A stretch of DNA of 64,000 nt from Porphyridium purpureum. Lineage: Eukaryota. The notes under the pieces were generated by a model. The model was given only the letters and a program-made list of their open reading frames with translations, was not told the origin of the DNA and made no database searches. The DNA is taken from positions 1 to 64,000 of the forward strand of contig VRMN01000011.1 in NCBI GenBank assembly GCA_008690995.1, read 5' to 3'. The translations under genes were made by a program, and so were the position numbers. This document shows positions 30,730 through 41,106 of the stretch, piece by piece; within the stretch, counting starts at the first letter, position 1, and the number at the start of each line of letters is the position of its first letter.

Positions 30730-31518
30730 ATGACCTTCGCGTTTTCTGTTCTGTCAGTCGCATTTCAACGCCACCCATTGCCCATTCCAGACACGTTGTG
30801 CCTGCCGCTGCCGCTTCGCGCGAGACGCGCGGTTGCGCCTGGCGTGAGCCAGCTCAAAATCGCGCACAAGGTATTTCGCGAGCATGGAAGACATGACAGT
30901 GCCGATGTGACATGGATGCGCTCGGTGATTCGCAAGGAATGGCTCGAGAGCAGTGAGCTCGGGTGCCCGCTCACTGACACAGAGCGCCGATTATTTCCGT
31001 CCGATACGCAAGCGCCCGAACGGTTCCGCATGAACGATTCCGCCTCGCGCGTGCGTACGCTTATGTGTGAGCTTTTTGACGCATTGTCTGCATCGAGTGG
31101 CTCGAAGTGCGTCAGTCACGAGCTCGTCAAGTATCGCGGCGGAGCACAAGTGGATGTAAGCCCACATGATTTATTCCACGCGCACGTGTTTGCATGCGAA
31201 CATGGCCTGGGTGTGCTGTTTCACATCGCAGAGTATCCGCGCTTCTCGAACGCTTCCTTTCCGTGGAACCTTGGCTTTTGCCAGAAAGGAAGCACACTGA
31301 TTCCGACGCCGACTATGATGCACGTGCGCAACGTGATGTGGCACGATACAAGGCCATGCAATCTGGTCGTGCCACTTATTCGTCCGGGCGCCAAGTGGGA
31401 AGCGCTCGCCTCGCCAGGCAGCCTGGCTACCGTATACGAAGGTGATTTGGGCGTGCCATTGTTCGAGGTGTTCCGCTTTCCACAGCGACCAGAGCTGCTA
31501 GCATACTCTTACAGATGA
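30730..31518 (+). CDS. Conserved hypothetical protein (plant/algal uncharacterised family)
   Basis: HDLFHAHVF, GVLFHIAEYP, FPWNLGFCQKGS, RNVMW, TVYEGDLG blocks recall an uncharacterised plant family; MTFAF start. Confidence 0.65.
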   Translation: MTFAFSVLSVAFQRHPLPIPDTLCLPLPLRARRAVAPGVSQLKIAHKVFREHGRHDSADVTWMRSVIRKEWLESSELGCPLTDTERRLFPSDTQAPERFRMNDSASRVRTLMCELFDALSASSGSKCVSHELVKYRGGAQVDVSPHDLFHAHVFACEHGLGVLFHIAEYPRFSNASFPWNLGFCQKGSTLIPTPTMMHVRNVMWHDTRPCNLVVPLIRPGAKWEALASPGSLATVYEGDLGVPLFEVFRFPQRPELLAYSYR

Positions 31519-31747
31519 AACATGTCATGCTGCCACATCTTGGCACGCATCAGACTGCACGGAGAACACCGAGCACACTTGCGTGGAGGGGAGAACGGAA
31601 AGAAAGTAAAAAAAAAAAACAGTAACAAGCTGTCGAACAGCGACTGTGTTGCGTGGCTTGTCCTCAGATATGGGGCACGAGGCACGTGAAGCTCGCGCTG
31701 GAAGTTGGCTTGCCGTAGAGGAGTGATTCTGTCACATTGAAAAGGTG

Positions 31748-33571
31748 ATGGGGCGCTTTGCGCCCAGAGGCGTTGCACCAGCTATACATCTGTTGTCATG
31801 GCGCCACAGAGGTGCTCGATTCGTCGTCGGTGAACAGCAAGCGCGATGGATCTCGTCGTCGCGTGATCCGGGAGCTACTGCCGGGAATGGCCAAGGACAG
31901 ACAGCAGCCATGTCCCTGCCGTTCACGGTACCAGAGTCGTGCGCAATCAATGCGGCTTTGAGTGTGGTTCGCGGCCAGCACTTGCATGGTGGGAGCGTCA
32001 TGTATGATTCGTCGCTGAAGCTAGAGAAGATGTACGTGCCGTTTTGGTTGTTTACGAGTATTACAGCGCGCACGGCGCACTTTTATTCCACTCGAGGTCG
32101 CACGATCAGCATCTTTGAACAGGATGTCATCCGCCGCGGGCATCTACCCGGGAGAGCGATGGCAGGCATTGAGTTTGGCGAGTCAGTCAGGACGTACGAC
32201 GTGAATGTCGACCGCTTTCTGTTTCGCCATGTTGCCGTCTGTGCGGCAGGTGTCGAGCACGGGTCGTCAGCCCTGGATCATGACGCTGTCCTGAAAGCGT
32301 GCTTTGCGGAGACCTGCGCAAGCAGCGTGGCAAAAGTACAGCTGGGGCCCACACTCCTGTCGCACGCAGATGTGTCGCCGCGTTTTCACGCGAGCGATCG
32401 AGTTTGGCGTGTCGGTGTCTCCGAGGCTACTGCGTCCAGAGATGCGCTTCATGAAGTATATGACTCAGAAAAGGAACGAATAGCCAACACAAAGACGCGA
32501 GACACGAACGCTCAATGTTATTTTCTCGGAGCCAGACTTGAGATTATAGATGCAAAGCCGGCTGCGCAGCTTCTCTTCTTGCCGGTATATGTTGCGCGCA
32601 TGGAAGCCGTAACGATCACGAAAAGTTGTGTTCTTGTGGTGTCTGGATTTGAAGACGCACCGCATGTGTCTGATCCAAGCGTGTCCTACTGCTTGACGGC
32701 TCGGCCAGCTGTGCGCTTTACGGTCATTTCTGTACCCACCGTGGCCGGTATTGGAATGATCGAGCTAGTCGTGTGGGATGGCACAGTTTCGCCTGAACTC
32801 GTGCTGGGCAGCCTTTTTGCGGCGTGCTTTGCCGGTTTGGCAGGGACGTACTTCGAAGCTCTGATTGAGTCGGTGCAGAAACTAGGGCATATTCAGTGGT
32901 GGAAGCTGCCGCGGCGACCAATATCACGGCCGCGTCGTTGGAAATCTCCCAACGAAACCGGTGATGCTTCGTACGGTCGACGCAAGAGAACGCCGCGTCC
33001 GCACACGGCACAGTTCCGGGAATACCAACGTCAGAACCAAGGCGATGCGAAACAAAGCTCAAGTCAAGAGGAGCGATGGGAGCAGCAGAGGCAAGAGAGT
33101 GAGCGAATGCGTGAGAAATATGAAGCATTTTGGGGTTCCTTTCAGGAGGAACCGTTTGGAACGGGGTCACACAGCGGTGGCAGTCGTACGTATCGGAACG
33201 AATACACAGGCGACAGCTACCGGCACTCGCGAGCGAGTGAGCATACCTATCGAGATGAATATCAGCAGCACCAGTGGCATCAGCAGCACGAACACCGGCA
33301 ACAAGATCAACAGCGGCATCAGCATCGTGCAAGGGCTGATGCGGGCGAGTGGTCTGTCGAAAGAGCATGTATCGTGCTGCAGTGCGACTCTGACGCGCCG
33401 TTCAAAGACATCAAGAAGGCGTATCTGCGTCAGGCCATGAAGTACCATCCCGATCGGCTAGGCTCTCAAAACGGCGTGGACGAGCATGTTCGCAAGTCTC
33501 ACGAAAAAAGGTTCAAGGAAATATCATCTGCATATGGCGTGCTCAAGCGACGGCACGGCCGTGGAGCCTGA
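31748..33571 (+). CDS. Membrane protein with a C-terminal DnaJ (J) domain, probably mitochondrial
   Basis: IKKAYLRQAMKYHPDR...FKEISSAYGVL; two hydrophobic helices; Arg-rich presequence ending ARWISS. Confidence 0.8.
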   Translation: MGRFAPRGVAPAIHLLSWRHRGARFVVGEQQARWISSSRDPGATAGNGQGQTAAMSLPFTVPESCAINAALSVVRGQHLHGGSVMYDSSLKLEKMYVPFWLFTSITARTAHFYSTRGRTISIFEQDVIRRGHLPGRAMAGIEFGESVRTYDVNVDRFLFRHVAVCAAGVEHGSSALDHDAVLKACFAETCASSVAKVQLGPTLLSHADVSPRFHASDRVWRVGVSEATASRDALHEVYDSEKERIANTKTRDTNAQCYFLGARLEIIDAKPAAQLLFLPVYVARMEAVTITKSCVLVVSGFEDAPHVSDPSVSYCLTARPAVRFTVISVPTVAGIGMIELVVWDGTVSPELVLGSLFAACFAGLAGTYFEALIESVQKLGHIQWWKLPRRPISRPRRWKSPNETGDASYGRRKRTPRPHTAQFREYQRQNQGDAKQSSSQEERWEQQRQESERMREKYEAFWGSFQEEPFGTGSHSGGSRTYRNEYTGDSYRHSRASEHTYRDEYQQHQWHQQHEHRQQDQQRHQHRARADAGEWSVERACIVLQCDSDAPFKDIKKAYLRQAMKYHPDRLGSQNGVDEHVRKSHEKRFKEISSAYGVLKRRHGRGA

Positions 33572-33825
33572 GGTAGGCGCGTGTAAAATCATGGAAAGTC
33601 GCATTCGCCGTGGCATGGTTGAGCGAGCTCTGTGTGATGCACATGGTACTCGGCTTTTGTGAAGTCCGTTCCATATATATACTGAAATGGCAAAGCGAGC
33701 GATCAAAATGAATAAATAGGGCATGATGTCCTCTTTCGCAACATCAGAACAGATCGAGACACGTCGCTGCATCCTTCTTGCCAGATATTCAGGTTTGCAC
33801 AAAGGAGAGCGCCAAATACGTGGTG

Positions 33826-34665
33826 CTAAGATGAGCGTGTTCTCTCCAGGCGCCCAGAACCATCGCCGGTATCATGTGAGATACGTCTACTCGTTGCCTC
33901 ACGCTCCAGACTGATACGAGTTGCCTCGCTTTTTGACCACATGTGCTCGCCCTTGAATGGATCCGATTTCCGGTCGACGATGAGTCTGCCAAAGTACAGA
34001 CGTACGGACGGCTCGCTGTCGCTTTTCTCCGTGCACCAGCACAGGCCTGAGAAGCTTGTGTACTCGGAATGGAAAACAATCTGTGCGCCCGCCGGTCTGA
34101 GCGAGTCTTTGAGCAGGTTGAGATTGTTCTCCACTTTCCACGAGACGGCGTGGTCGTTCGCGCGCCGGACCACCTTGCTGACTTCCGTTCCGTTCAGAAA
34201 CACCTGATTCCCGAGCAGCACGAGCACGGCGCCGTACTTTCCATCCACGCCGCGATTCCACGTCATCTGCGTCACAAACACGCGCGGCACGTCAATCATA
34301 CGCCCGACTTTCATGATGAGGTCCTCGGACAGCAAAGAAAACACCTGCTTCAAAGTCTGCTCCTGCGCGGCGCTGGTATCACCCGAGTGCGCTCCGACAT
34401 CCACGTCCAGGCCTCCTTGGTGATAATGCGCATAATTCGAGTTCCAGCTCGCCTGCGAGCGCGGCTCGAGCAGCGCCATATCATCGGAGCCGTGATGCGT
34501 CTGGAGCGTCGAAGAGGCAGCCGGTGGCTTCGCGCCACTGCCGCTGCCACCATCGCCTTCCGCCGCGTTGGACTGGTGCCATTCGACGTCCGCCTGGTGC
34601 CAGCAGTGCAGAAGCACCACGCGGTAGTTCGTAACCTTGCTAAACTTTTGCCAATCCTTCTCCAT
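33826..34665 (-). CDS. Hypothetical protein
   Basis: 279-aa ATG-started ORF with globular composition; no family recognised. Confidence 0.6.
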   Translation of the reverse strand: MEKDWQKFSKVTNYRVVLLHCWHQADVEWHQSNAAEGDGGSGSGAKPPAASSTLQTHHGSDDMALLEPRSQASWNSNYAHYHQGGLDVDVGAHSGDTSAAQEQTLKQVFSLLSEDLIMKVGRMIDVPRVFVTQMTWNRGVDGKYGAVLVLLGNQVFLNGTEVSKVVRRANDHAVSWKVENNLNLLKDSLRPAGAQIVFHSEYTSFSGLCWCTEKSDSEPSVRLYFGRLIVDRKSDPFKGEHMWSKSEATRISLEREATSRRISHDTGDGSGRLERTRSS

Positions 34666-34885
34666 CTGCTCCTTCCCTGACTCGTATCTTCCCTCTTCAT
34701 CTAGTCGACCTCCTGCTCAAAGCCAAAGAAATTGAGTCCCGTGCGACTGTCGGTTTCCCGGTTTCTCCTTGTCAGCAATACAGAATTGAACCGTTTAACC
34801 GAATGTGAAGCAGTTCGATCAGAAATGGTGCAAAAGCAGACCAGCCTATGGACAACAGGCGTAGGCGACATGGATGTTGGCGAGT

Positions 34886-35788
34886 TCAGCTATTGGGGTG
34901 GATGTGGCGTAGTCGCTTGGACTCTGGTGAGTAGTTCGGCGGCGGATCAGTATCCGGCAGTAATAGATTCAGGCCACTTTTCCGGGGCGTGCTCATATCG
35001 CTTTCGCGCGGGGTGGCCGTTCGTGAACGTACGATGTCTGTCATGGGTCTGATCTCCTTGCCTGACGGAGGCTTCAATGGAGAGACAGATGACTTTGCAG
35101 ATACGGAGTTGCCTGCCTGCGGGAGAGCATTCCAAGGAGGAGGCGGGAGTGCGGCCTGGAGCGAGGTCTTCAGCTGCTCTGCAAGCGCCTGCATTTCCTG
35201 GTGACGTTCGCCAAGGAACTGGTCCACGGAGCTCACCAAGGTCTGCATCTCAAGCTGCCGCTCTGCAAGAAATTGGTCCACTTTTTGCACCTGGCTTGCA
35301 AGGTCACGAGCGGCTTGCGCCGCTTCTCGCTCAGGTATGCCAGGAAACCGGCGCCGGATGAAACATGGAAAGCGTTCAACCACAAAGTCAATCAAAGCGG
35401 GCCAGGCAAGCACACGAGCGGGAGCGAGAATCCAGTGAATTGGTCGCACCAGAACCAACAATGGCCGGAAGAAAATCAAAATTGGACGCAGCTGTATGAC
35501 GCAGAGCACCTGCACGGCGCGAAATGCAACCAACGACCATTGTCTCCGTGACTTGGACGCCGCACCCACATCTGCGGAAGCCACTGAAGCGGCCGTGACG
35601 CGCATCCGTATTCTACTAAACGCCAGCCACGCTCCGACTAGCGCAAACGCTCGGACGGAAAACAGCTCAATGTCGTTCGCCAGCGCTGTGTGACAATCAT
35701 CCGGCAACATCAGGTTGTGCAAGCGCCTCTGACCTATACGCCGCAGGTCTGCTGCTGAAATCGACAAGGGCACGCTCTCGTCACCCAT
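34886..35788 (-). CDS. Hypothetical membrane/coiled-coil protein
   Basis: ATG 35788; hydrophobic segments; internal repeat VDQFLAERQLEMQTL / VDQFLGERHQEMQAL; SP/TP-rich tail. Confidence 0.6.
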   Translation of the reverse strand: MGDESVPLSISAADLRRIGQRRLHNLMLPDDCHTALANDIELFSVRAFALVGAWLAFSRIRMRVTAASVASADVGAASKSRRQWSLVAFRAVQVLCVIQLRPILIFFRPLLVLVRPIHWILAPARVLAWPALIDFVVERFPCFIRRRFPGIPEREAAQAARDLASQVQKVDQFLAERQLEMQTLVSSVDQFLGERHQEMQALAEQLKTSLQAALPPPPWNALPQAGNSVSAKSSVSPLKPPSGKEIRPMTDIVRSRTATPRESDMSTPRKSGLNLLLPDTDPPPNYSPESKRLRHIHPNS

Positions 35789-35941
35789 CGTATACGACAC
35801 TGACCAACCTCCCCCCCCTCAATTCCAAACCCGATAAGTGGAACGTGAGTCAAGCTTGTTGATCGAACAACGGGACACAAAGACAGCGAGAGCTTGCGAA
35901 AGATTGCGGGAGCGTGTGGGTTTGAACGAAGAGGAGGAGAA

Positions 35942-36322
35942 ATGGCGGACGCGATGGAGGTAGATTCTGGTGCGGGAGCGAGCGGGAGTGGAGGGGCAGT
36001 TGGGAGTGGAGGGGCAGTTGGGAGTGAGGTGGCAGGGAGTAGCTGCCGGACAGCACGCTTCGAGATCAAAAAGTATAATGCTGTCGCGCTGTGGTCCTGG
36101 GATATTGTAGTGGACAACTGCGCGATTTGCCGCAACCATATTATGGATCTCTGCATCGAATGCCAGGCGAACGCGTCATCTGCCACGTGCGAGGAGTGCA
36201 CCGTCGCGTGGGGCGTGTGCAACCACGCGTTCCACTTTCACTGCATTTCACGCTGGTTGAAAACCCGCCAGGTTTGCCCGCTGGATAACTCAGACTGGGA
36301 GTTCAGCAGGCTTGGAAAGTAG
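35942..36322 (+). CDS. RBX1: RING-box protein 1 (SCF E3 ligase subunit)
   Basis: [39 protein letters not shown]...[29 protein letters not shown]. Confidence 0.98.
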   Translation: MADAMEVDSGAGASGSGGAVGSGGAVGSEVAGSSCRTARFEIKKYNAVALWSWDIVVDNCAICRNHIMDLCIECQANASSATCEECTVAWGVCNHAFHFHCISRWLKTRQVCPLDNSDWEFSRLGK

Positions 36323-36606
36323 ATACTCGCTGCTCAACCGTATCTTGGCCATGCTTATCGGAGTCCGCTTTCCGGATCGGTATCAAGAAGTATGTACCGC
36401 AGTCGTTGACACGTGCTCGCCTATACTAAAGGATGAAAAGGATGGCAGTCGTTTTCGTTTCTTTAGTTAGACAGCCATCAGTTGACTGTGTGCAAAGGAT
36501 ATGAAGGCCAAACATCACATGTCGAAACCTGCTTGTATCGTGAGCTAAATGTAAAGCCCCTCGCGCAGGCATCTGAACAACGAATAGTCTCATATTATGT
36601 GCGATG

Positions 36607-36637
36607 CAAAAACAAAAACAAAAACAAAAACAAAAAA
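36607..36637. repeat. (CAAAAA)5 simple repeat between convergent genes
   Basis: Seen directly. Confidence 0.9.
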
Positions 36638-36716
36638 GGTGAGCGTAAGGTTGGGCCTTCCGCCACTTGAAACGCTACTGATTCATTTTTGCGGCGCGCG
36701 AATTGCTTTCCCGACA

Positions 36717-39128
36717 CTACTCATTATTTTCATGAATCAGGGCCTGCCGAACGTAGAGCTCCTTAATCTGCTCGGCATCTGATGCCTGCTCTGGGCCCTT
36801 GTCATCACGCTCGCGAATAAACCTTGGAAAGCGCAACGCAATACCCTTGCCCTCTTCCACCATTCCCTCAGCAGCGGCGTATACTGGTGAAAGCGACAAG
36901 TCCGCACACAGAACTTCCCACACAGCGCAAGGCTCAAACCAGACGTCCGGCATGTCCTTGGGTGGCAACGCGCGCACACCCTTGTAGTACGGCTTGGGCC
37001 CTGATGCGACGCGACCAGGCTCACCAAAATACACACTGAGCTTTTCGAGCATTTCGTCCGAGAAGCCCGTGCCAATTTTGCAGCAAGTCTGGTACTCTTC
37101 AGAATCCTGGTCGTAGCACGCGAGCAAGTAAGCACCAAACCATCCCGTGCGCTTGCCACGCCCACGGTATCCTGCTATTGGGACCAGGTCCAGTGTGTCT
37201 CCCATGCCGTCCAAGTAGTCCTTTTTGACTTTGAGCCAGTTGGTCGAGCGGTTTGACGGTTCGTACGTGCTCTGCTCGCCCACCAAACGCTTCACCATCA
37301 GCCCTTCGCAGCCGGCGCGGATACTTTCCTGTAAGTGCTGCTCAATCTGCTCCACGTCCGAGCCGTCCATCGCGGACGCAAACATGAATGTCCCAGGAAT
37401 TTCGTTGAATATGCGGTGCATCGCCTCGCGGCGCGCCAGTAGCGTCTCTTGCAGCATGCTCTTGCCGTCGTAGTACAATAAGTCGAATGCATACAAACAC
37501 ACCGGTACCTTCACGTCCTCGAGCAGCACGTCCTTGCGCGCCCGCTTCTGCAGCGCCTGGAATGGCAGCAGCTTGTGATTCTCCGCATCGTAAGCAACGA
37601 CCTCGGAGTCTAGAATGAAGTCAACGCCGGCATACTCGGGCTTGAGAGCCTTGTCGATGCCCTGCAGATCCGGATATTTGCCCGTATGATTCTCGGCGTT
37701 GCGCGAGTAGATCCGAACGTCGCCGTCGCCCTTCTTTTGATCCTTCTTCGACAAGCGGTGAACTTGCGCACGCTCACCGTCATACTTGAACTCACTTGTG
37801 AAGCGTACGTTGTCGAACTTTTCGATCACTTCATGAATACCCTTTGTGGGTTTGGCAAGCATTGGCCCAATCGGCAAACCGGGTGTCAGCTTGCAGCGTT
37901 CAAGCAAGCGCGAGTCGACGGCTCGAAGCTCGAGCAAGGCCGGAATCACAAGATCCCAGCTCGGTAGCTGGCTGTATACGCTCGATAAGATCCCTGCACC
38001 CTCCTTCAGAGCTGCGACGAGCTCTTCTTCCGCCTCCCCTCTCGACCCGCTGCTTTTCTTTGCATTGTTGCTCTTCTTCGCGGATTTGGCCGCCCCAGCG
38101 TCTGAGCTGACGTAAGACTCGAGCACAAACGCGTGCGCCAAGGCCACAATGACAGACTTCTCGGCCATGTGAATGCGCAACTTGCCCAAGAGGGCACGGC
38201 ATATGAATTTAGCCTCCTCCTTGGCCGCGCACGCAAACAGCTTTGAGATGCGCTGGAAGCGCTCCTGGTTTGATAATTTGCCTGTTGCTCGTGCGATTTT
38301 CTGAAACTCAGAAAAGACTTCTCTGAGCGTGAGCGGCTTTGCTTTGAAGAGAGTCTTTTGTGCAGTACGTGCCTTCATGGCAACGTCACCTAGATCGCCG
38401 ACTTTGTCTGCAAGCATCTTAAGGTCCTTGGCACTGCGCCCAGAACTCGTCGCCAGCGCTTTCATCACAATGCCCTCGCCGACGCCCAACTCCAACCCTT
38501 CGTGCGCCGGCGCCAGCTTATTCGTGCACATGTACACCATACGTGTCAAGTCTTCGGGCGTGCTGCGGATCACCACGCGGAACGCGGCGGTCAGGATATC
38601 GTCAATTTTTAGCCGTGACATCTCTGCCTCCACACGCGCGAATAAAGTGGCGACAAACGCATATGGGACGGCGGCTCCATTGGCCCAAGTCTGCTCCATG
38701 CCTTGTCTTTCCTCCTCACTCAGATCACTTGCTTTCGGTCCGCCCGCAGTCGTTTCCGCAGAAGATCCTGGCAAGGCTTCGGTAGGCGCAGAAGGTTGTT
38801 CATTGACGCGCGCTGCTTCATTACTCTCCTCAACTGCGGCGTGGCGGCGCATTTCCTCGTTTTCGTCCCATTTTCGCTTTCTCTGCACCTTTTCATCCTC
38901 GCTCCGCGTGACGTCTTCTGAGGCAGCAGGCACCGCGGCTCCTTCGTCTTCTGCAGCGTGCTCCTTGGGCCGCTTCTTATTTTTCCCCGAAAAAGCATCT
39001 TGTAACGAAACTTGAGCGTTCCGCGTCGAACTTCCAGACGGCACCTTGTTGGAGCCAAGCGAGCGAGGAGCCATGACTCTCTTGGATGCCGCAGGCGCTG
39101 AAGCCGAGAATGATGACACGCCGCTCAT
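36717..39128 (-). CDS. LIG1: DNA ligase I
   Basis: PMLAKPT, EFKYDGERAQ active site, FDLLY, CEGLMVK, WLKVKKDY, LRFPRFIRERDDK; PIP-like QVSLQDAF near the N-terminus; ATG 39128. Confidence 0.97.
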   Translation of the reverse strand: MSGVSSFSASAPAASKRVMAPRSLGSNKVPSGSSTRNAQVSLQDAFSGKNKKRPKEHAAEDEGAAVPAASEDVTRSEDEKVQRKRKWDENEEMRRHAAVEESNEAARVNEQPSAPTEALPGSSAETTAGGPKASDLSEEERQGMEQTWANGAAVPYAFVATLFARVEAEMSRLKIDDILTAAFRVVIRSTPEDLTRMVYMCTNKLAPAHEGLELGVGEGIVMKALATSSGRSAKDLKMLADKVGDLGDVAMKARTAQKTLFKAKPLTLREVFSEFQKIARATGKLSNQERFQRISKLFACAAKEEAKFICRALLGKLRIHMAEKSVIVALAHAFVLESYVSSDAGAAKSAKKSNNAKKSSGSRGEAEEELVAALKEGAGILSSVYSQLPSWDLVIPALLELRAVDSRLLERCKLTPGLPIGPMLAKPTKGIHEVIEKFDNVRFTSEFKYDGERAQVHRLSKKDQKKGDGDVRIYSRNAENHTGKYPDLQGIDKALKPEYAGVDFILDSEVVAYDAENHKLLPFQALQKRARKDVLLEDVKVPVCLYAFDLLYYDGKSMLQETLLARREAMHRIFNEIPGTFMFASAMDGSDVEQIEQHLQESIRAGCEGLMVKRLVGEQSTYEPSNRSTNWLKVKKDYLDGMGDTLDLVPIAGYRGRGKRTGWFGAYLLACYDQDSEEYQTCCKIGTGFSDEMLEKLSVYFGEPGRVASGPKPYYKGVRALPPKDMPDVWFEPCAVWEVLCADLSLSPVYAAAEGMVEEGKGIALRFPRFIRERDDKGPEQASDAEQIKELYVRQALIHENNE

Positions 39129-39959
39129 CGCTTGCCACTCGCAACCAGACGAGCGCACCACTTGGCTCGCGCGCCGCTTTCCTTTCGTTGTGCGTGCGCT
39201 CCCGCACTTTGGCGCGAAAACGGGCGACTTTCCCAATTTTATGAAATATTGCCCTGAGAGTTGTTGTGAAGGCTTGAAGCACTACTTGTCACGTTGACCG
39301 TGGTGTGTTTCGTGGGCAGCGTGGAGCACCGGAAGATCACGCGGACCGCTGACTAGCTGCTTATCCCACCAGCTAGCTATCTGACTCACTGGCTCGTTTG
39401 TTTGGTCCTCCCTCTTTGTACGTGTTTTCTCTGAGCTCATGTGCATGCTCGTGACGGCACACGTCTGGGGCGACAAGCAAAGTGGAACTTGTGAACGTGC
39501 TCTTTCACGAGCCCGCGCCCCAGCTTAGCAAGTGACCTGGAGACTTTTTAGTCCAGTGATGTCGCTGACGAATCATCCACACACAGAGTGTGTCCATCCT
39601 GGTACGAATGTCGATGCTGTTGCTCATCTTGACACGTCTAAAACCCACGGCGAACGTCTTTCATGTGATGCACTGCAGCACGCGCATTCTCTAGTGTCTC
39701 CGAACCTTCACCCGTGATGGCACATGCTGCTTTGCGTTGGAAGCGGACCGCCAAGACCGTAGGCATGCAGAGGTCCGGCATGACGTAGCCCGCTACCAGC
39801 CACCCTGCGTTGACGCCGATCACGGAAAGTGATCACGCGCGGTCGTTTCATATAGAAAACCTGTGGAGGATAGAGAAAGGTTTGACGGCTCAGAGGGGAA
39901 GAGCGTGGGGCAAACCAAAGGAGTGCGCGAACAGGTGTGGATCGGAGCAATAGAATACA

Positions 39960-40433
39960 ATGGGGCTGACTTTCATTGCGATCAAGCCGGACGGCGTGCA
40001 CCGTGGATTGGTGGGCGAGATCATCGCGCGTTTCGAGAAGCGTGGGCTCAAGCTCTGCGCGCTCAAGGTAGTAGTGCCAGAAAAGGCCATTGCCGAGAAG
40101 CACTACGAGGAGCACGCCGGCAAGCCCTTCTACCCGGGACTTGTGGATTACCTGTGCAGCGGCCCGATCGTGGCCATGGTGTGGTCTGGAAAGGACGTCG
40201 TGGCCGTCACGCGCAAGATGATCGGCGCAACCAAGCCGGCGCAGTCAGAGCCCGGCACGATCCGCGGCGACCTTGCGCTTGATATGGGCCGCAACGTCAT
40301 CCATGGAAGCGATAGCGACGATTCGGCGCAGCGCGAGATCAAGCTCTGGTTCAAGGAGGAGGAGGTCTGCTCGAAGTACGTCAAGGCTGACCGCATGTGG
40401 GTCTACGAAGTCACAGATGAGCACACACACTGA
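39960..40433 (+). CDS. NDK1: Nucleoside diphosphate kinase
   Basis: [39 protein letters not shown]. Confidence 0.98.
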   Translation: MGLTFIAIKPDGVHRGLVGEIIARFEKRGLKLCALKVVVPEKAIAEKHYEEHAGKPFYPGLVDYLCSGPIVAMVWSGKDVVAVTRKMIGATKPAQSEPGTIRGDLALDMGRNVIHGSDSDDSAQREIKLWFKEEEVCSKYVKADRMWVYEVTDEHTH

Positions 40434-41106
40434 ACACGGCGGCGACGCTTAGGTCGCTGATTTCAAAGCATTGAGTAGAAGCAGCAAAGATGCTGGGTCA
40501 CTTCCATGTCAGCTCAGGGGGCAGATGTTCATCGACACTGACGCACGGTGTGGATGCAAGGTAGGCACCTCACACCTCGCCGTTCTTCAGCTCGTGGCAC
40601 AGTCCATCTCAGTATAGCCAAAAAAATTAAAAATGAAGAATTTCAACGTTTCCAACTGTGACATGCCCTGTATCGGTCGTACAATAGCGACCGGAGAGTC
40701 TTATCAGACGCCCAGAATCACTCCTTCGTTTTACTGAGGCACCGAGAGCGTCCGCCAATTGCGACGAAGTGGTGAAGCTGTCGTCGTGCCGAAACTTCAA
40801 TACCCTACAACAGTATCGAGCGCTAAAGCACCGCACAGGAAGCCACCGAGAGGAACTTGCACACCCAGTAGGGTCCCATGTCAATCTGAGAGAAAATGCC
40901 TATCCCAGTTTCTCAAAGAGTGAGGCCCAGGAAGCCAAAGTAAAATATAGGCAAAGACGCAAAATCGCGTGATCAGCACCCGCAACCATATGCATGCACA
41001 CAAATCGTGGACCGAGACTTGCCGGATGCCGTCGACCTCGTGCTCTACAAGTCAAGAGGGATGCCTTCATTTCGCCCGATCCGACAAAGATAAACGCTCT
41101 GCCGTA

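Noticed and set aside
35984..36027. 18-bp tandem repeat in RBX1
   Set aside because: Encodes a GSGGAV low-complexity N-terminal linker; ordinary slippage
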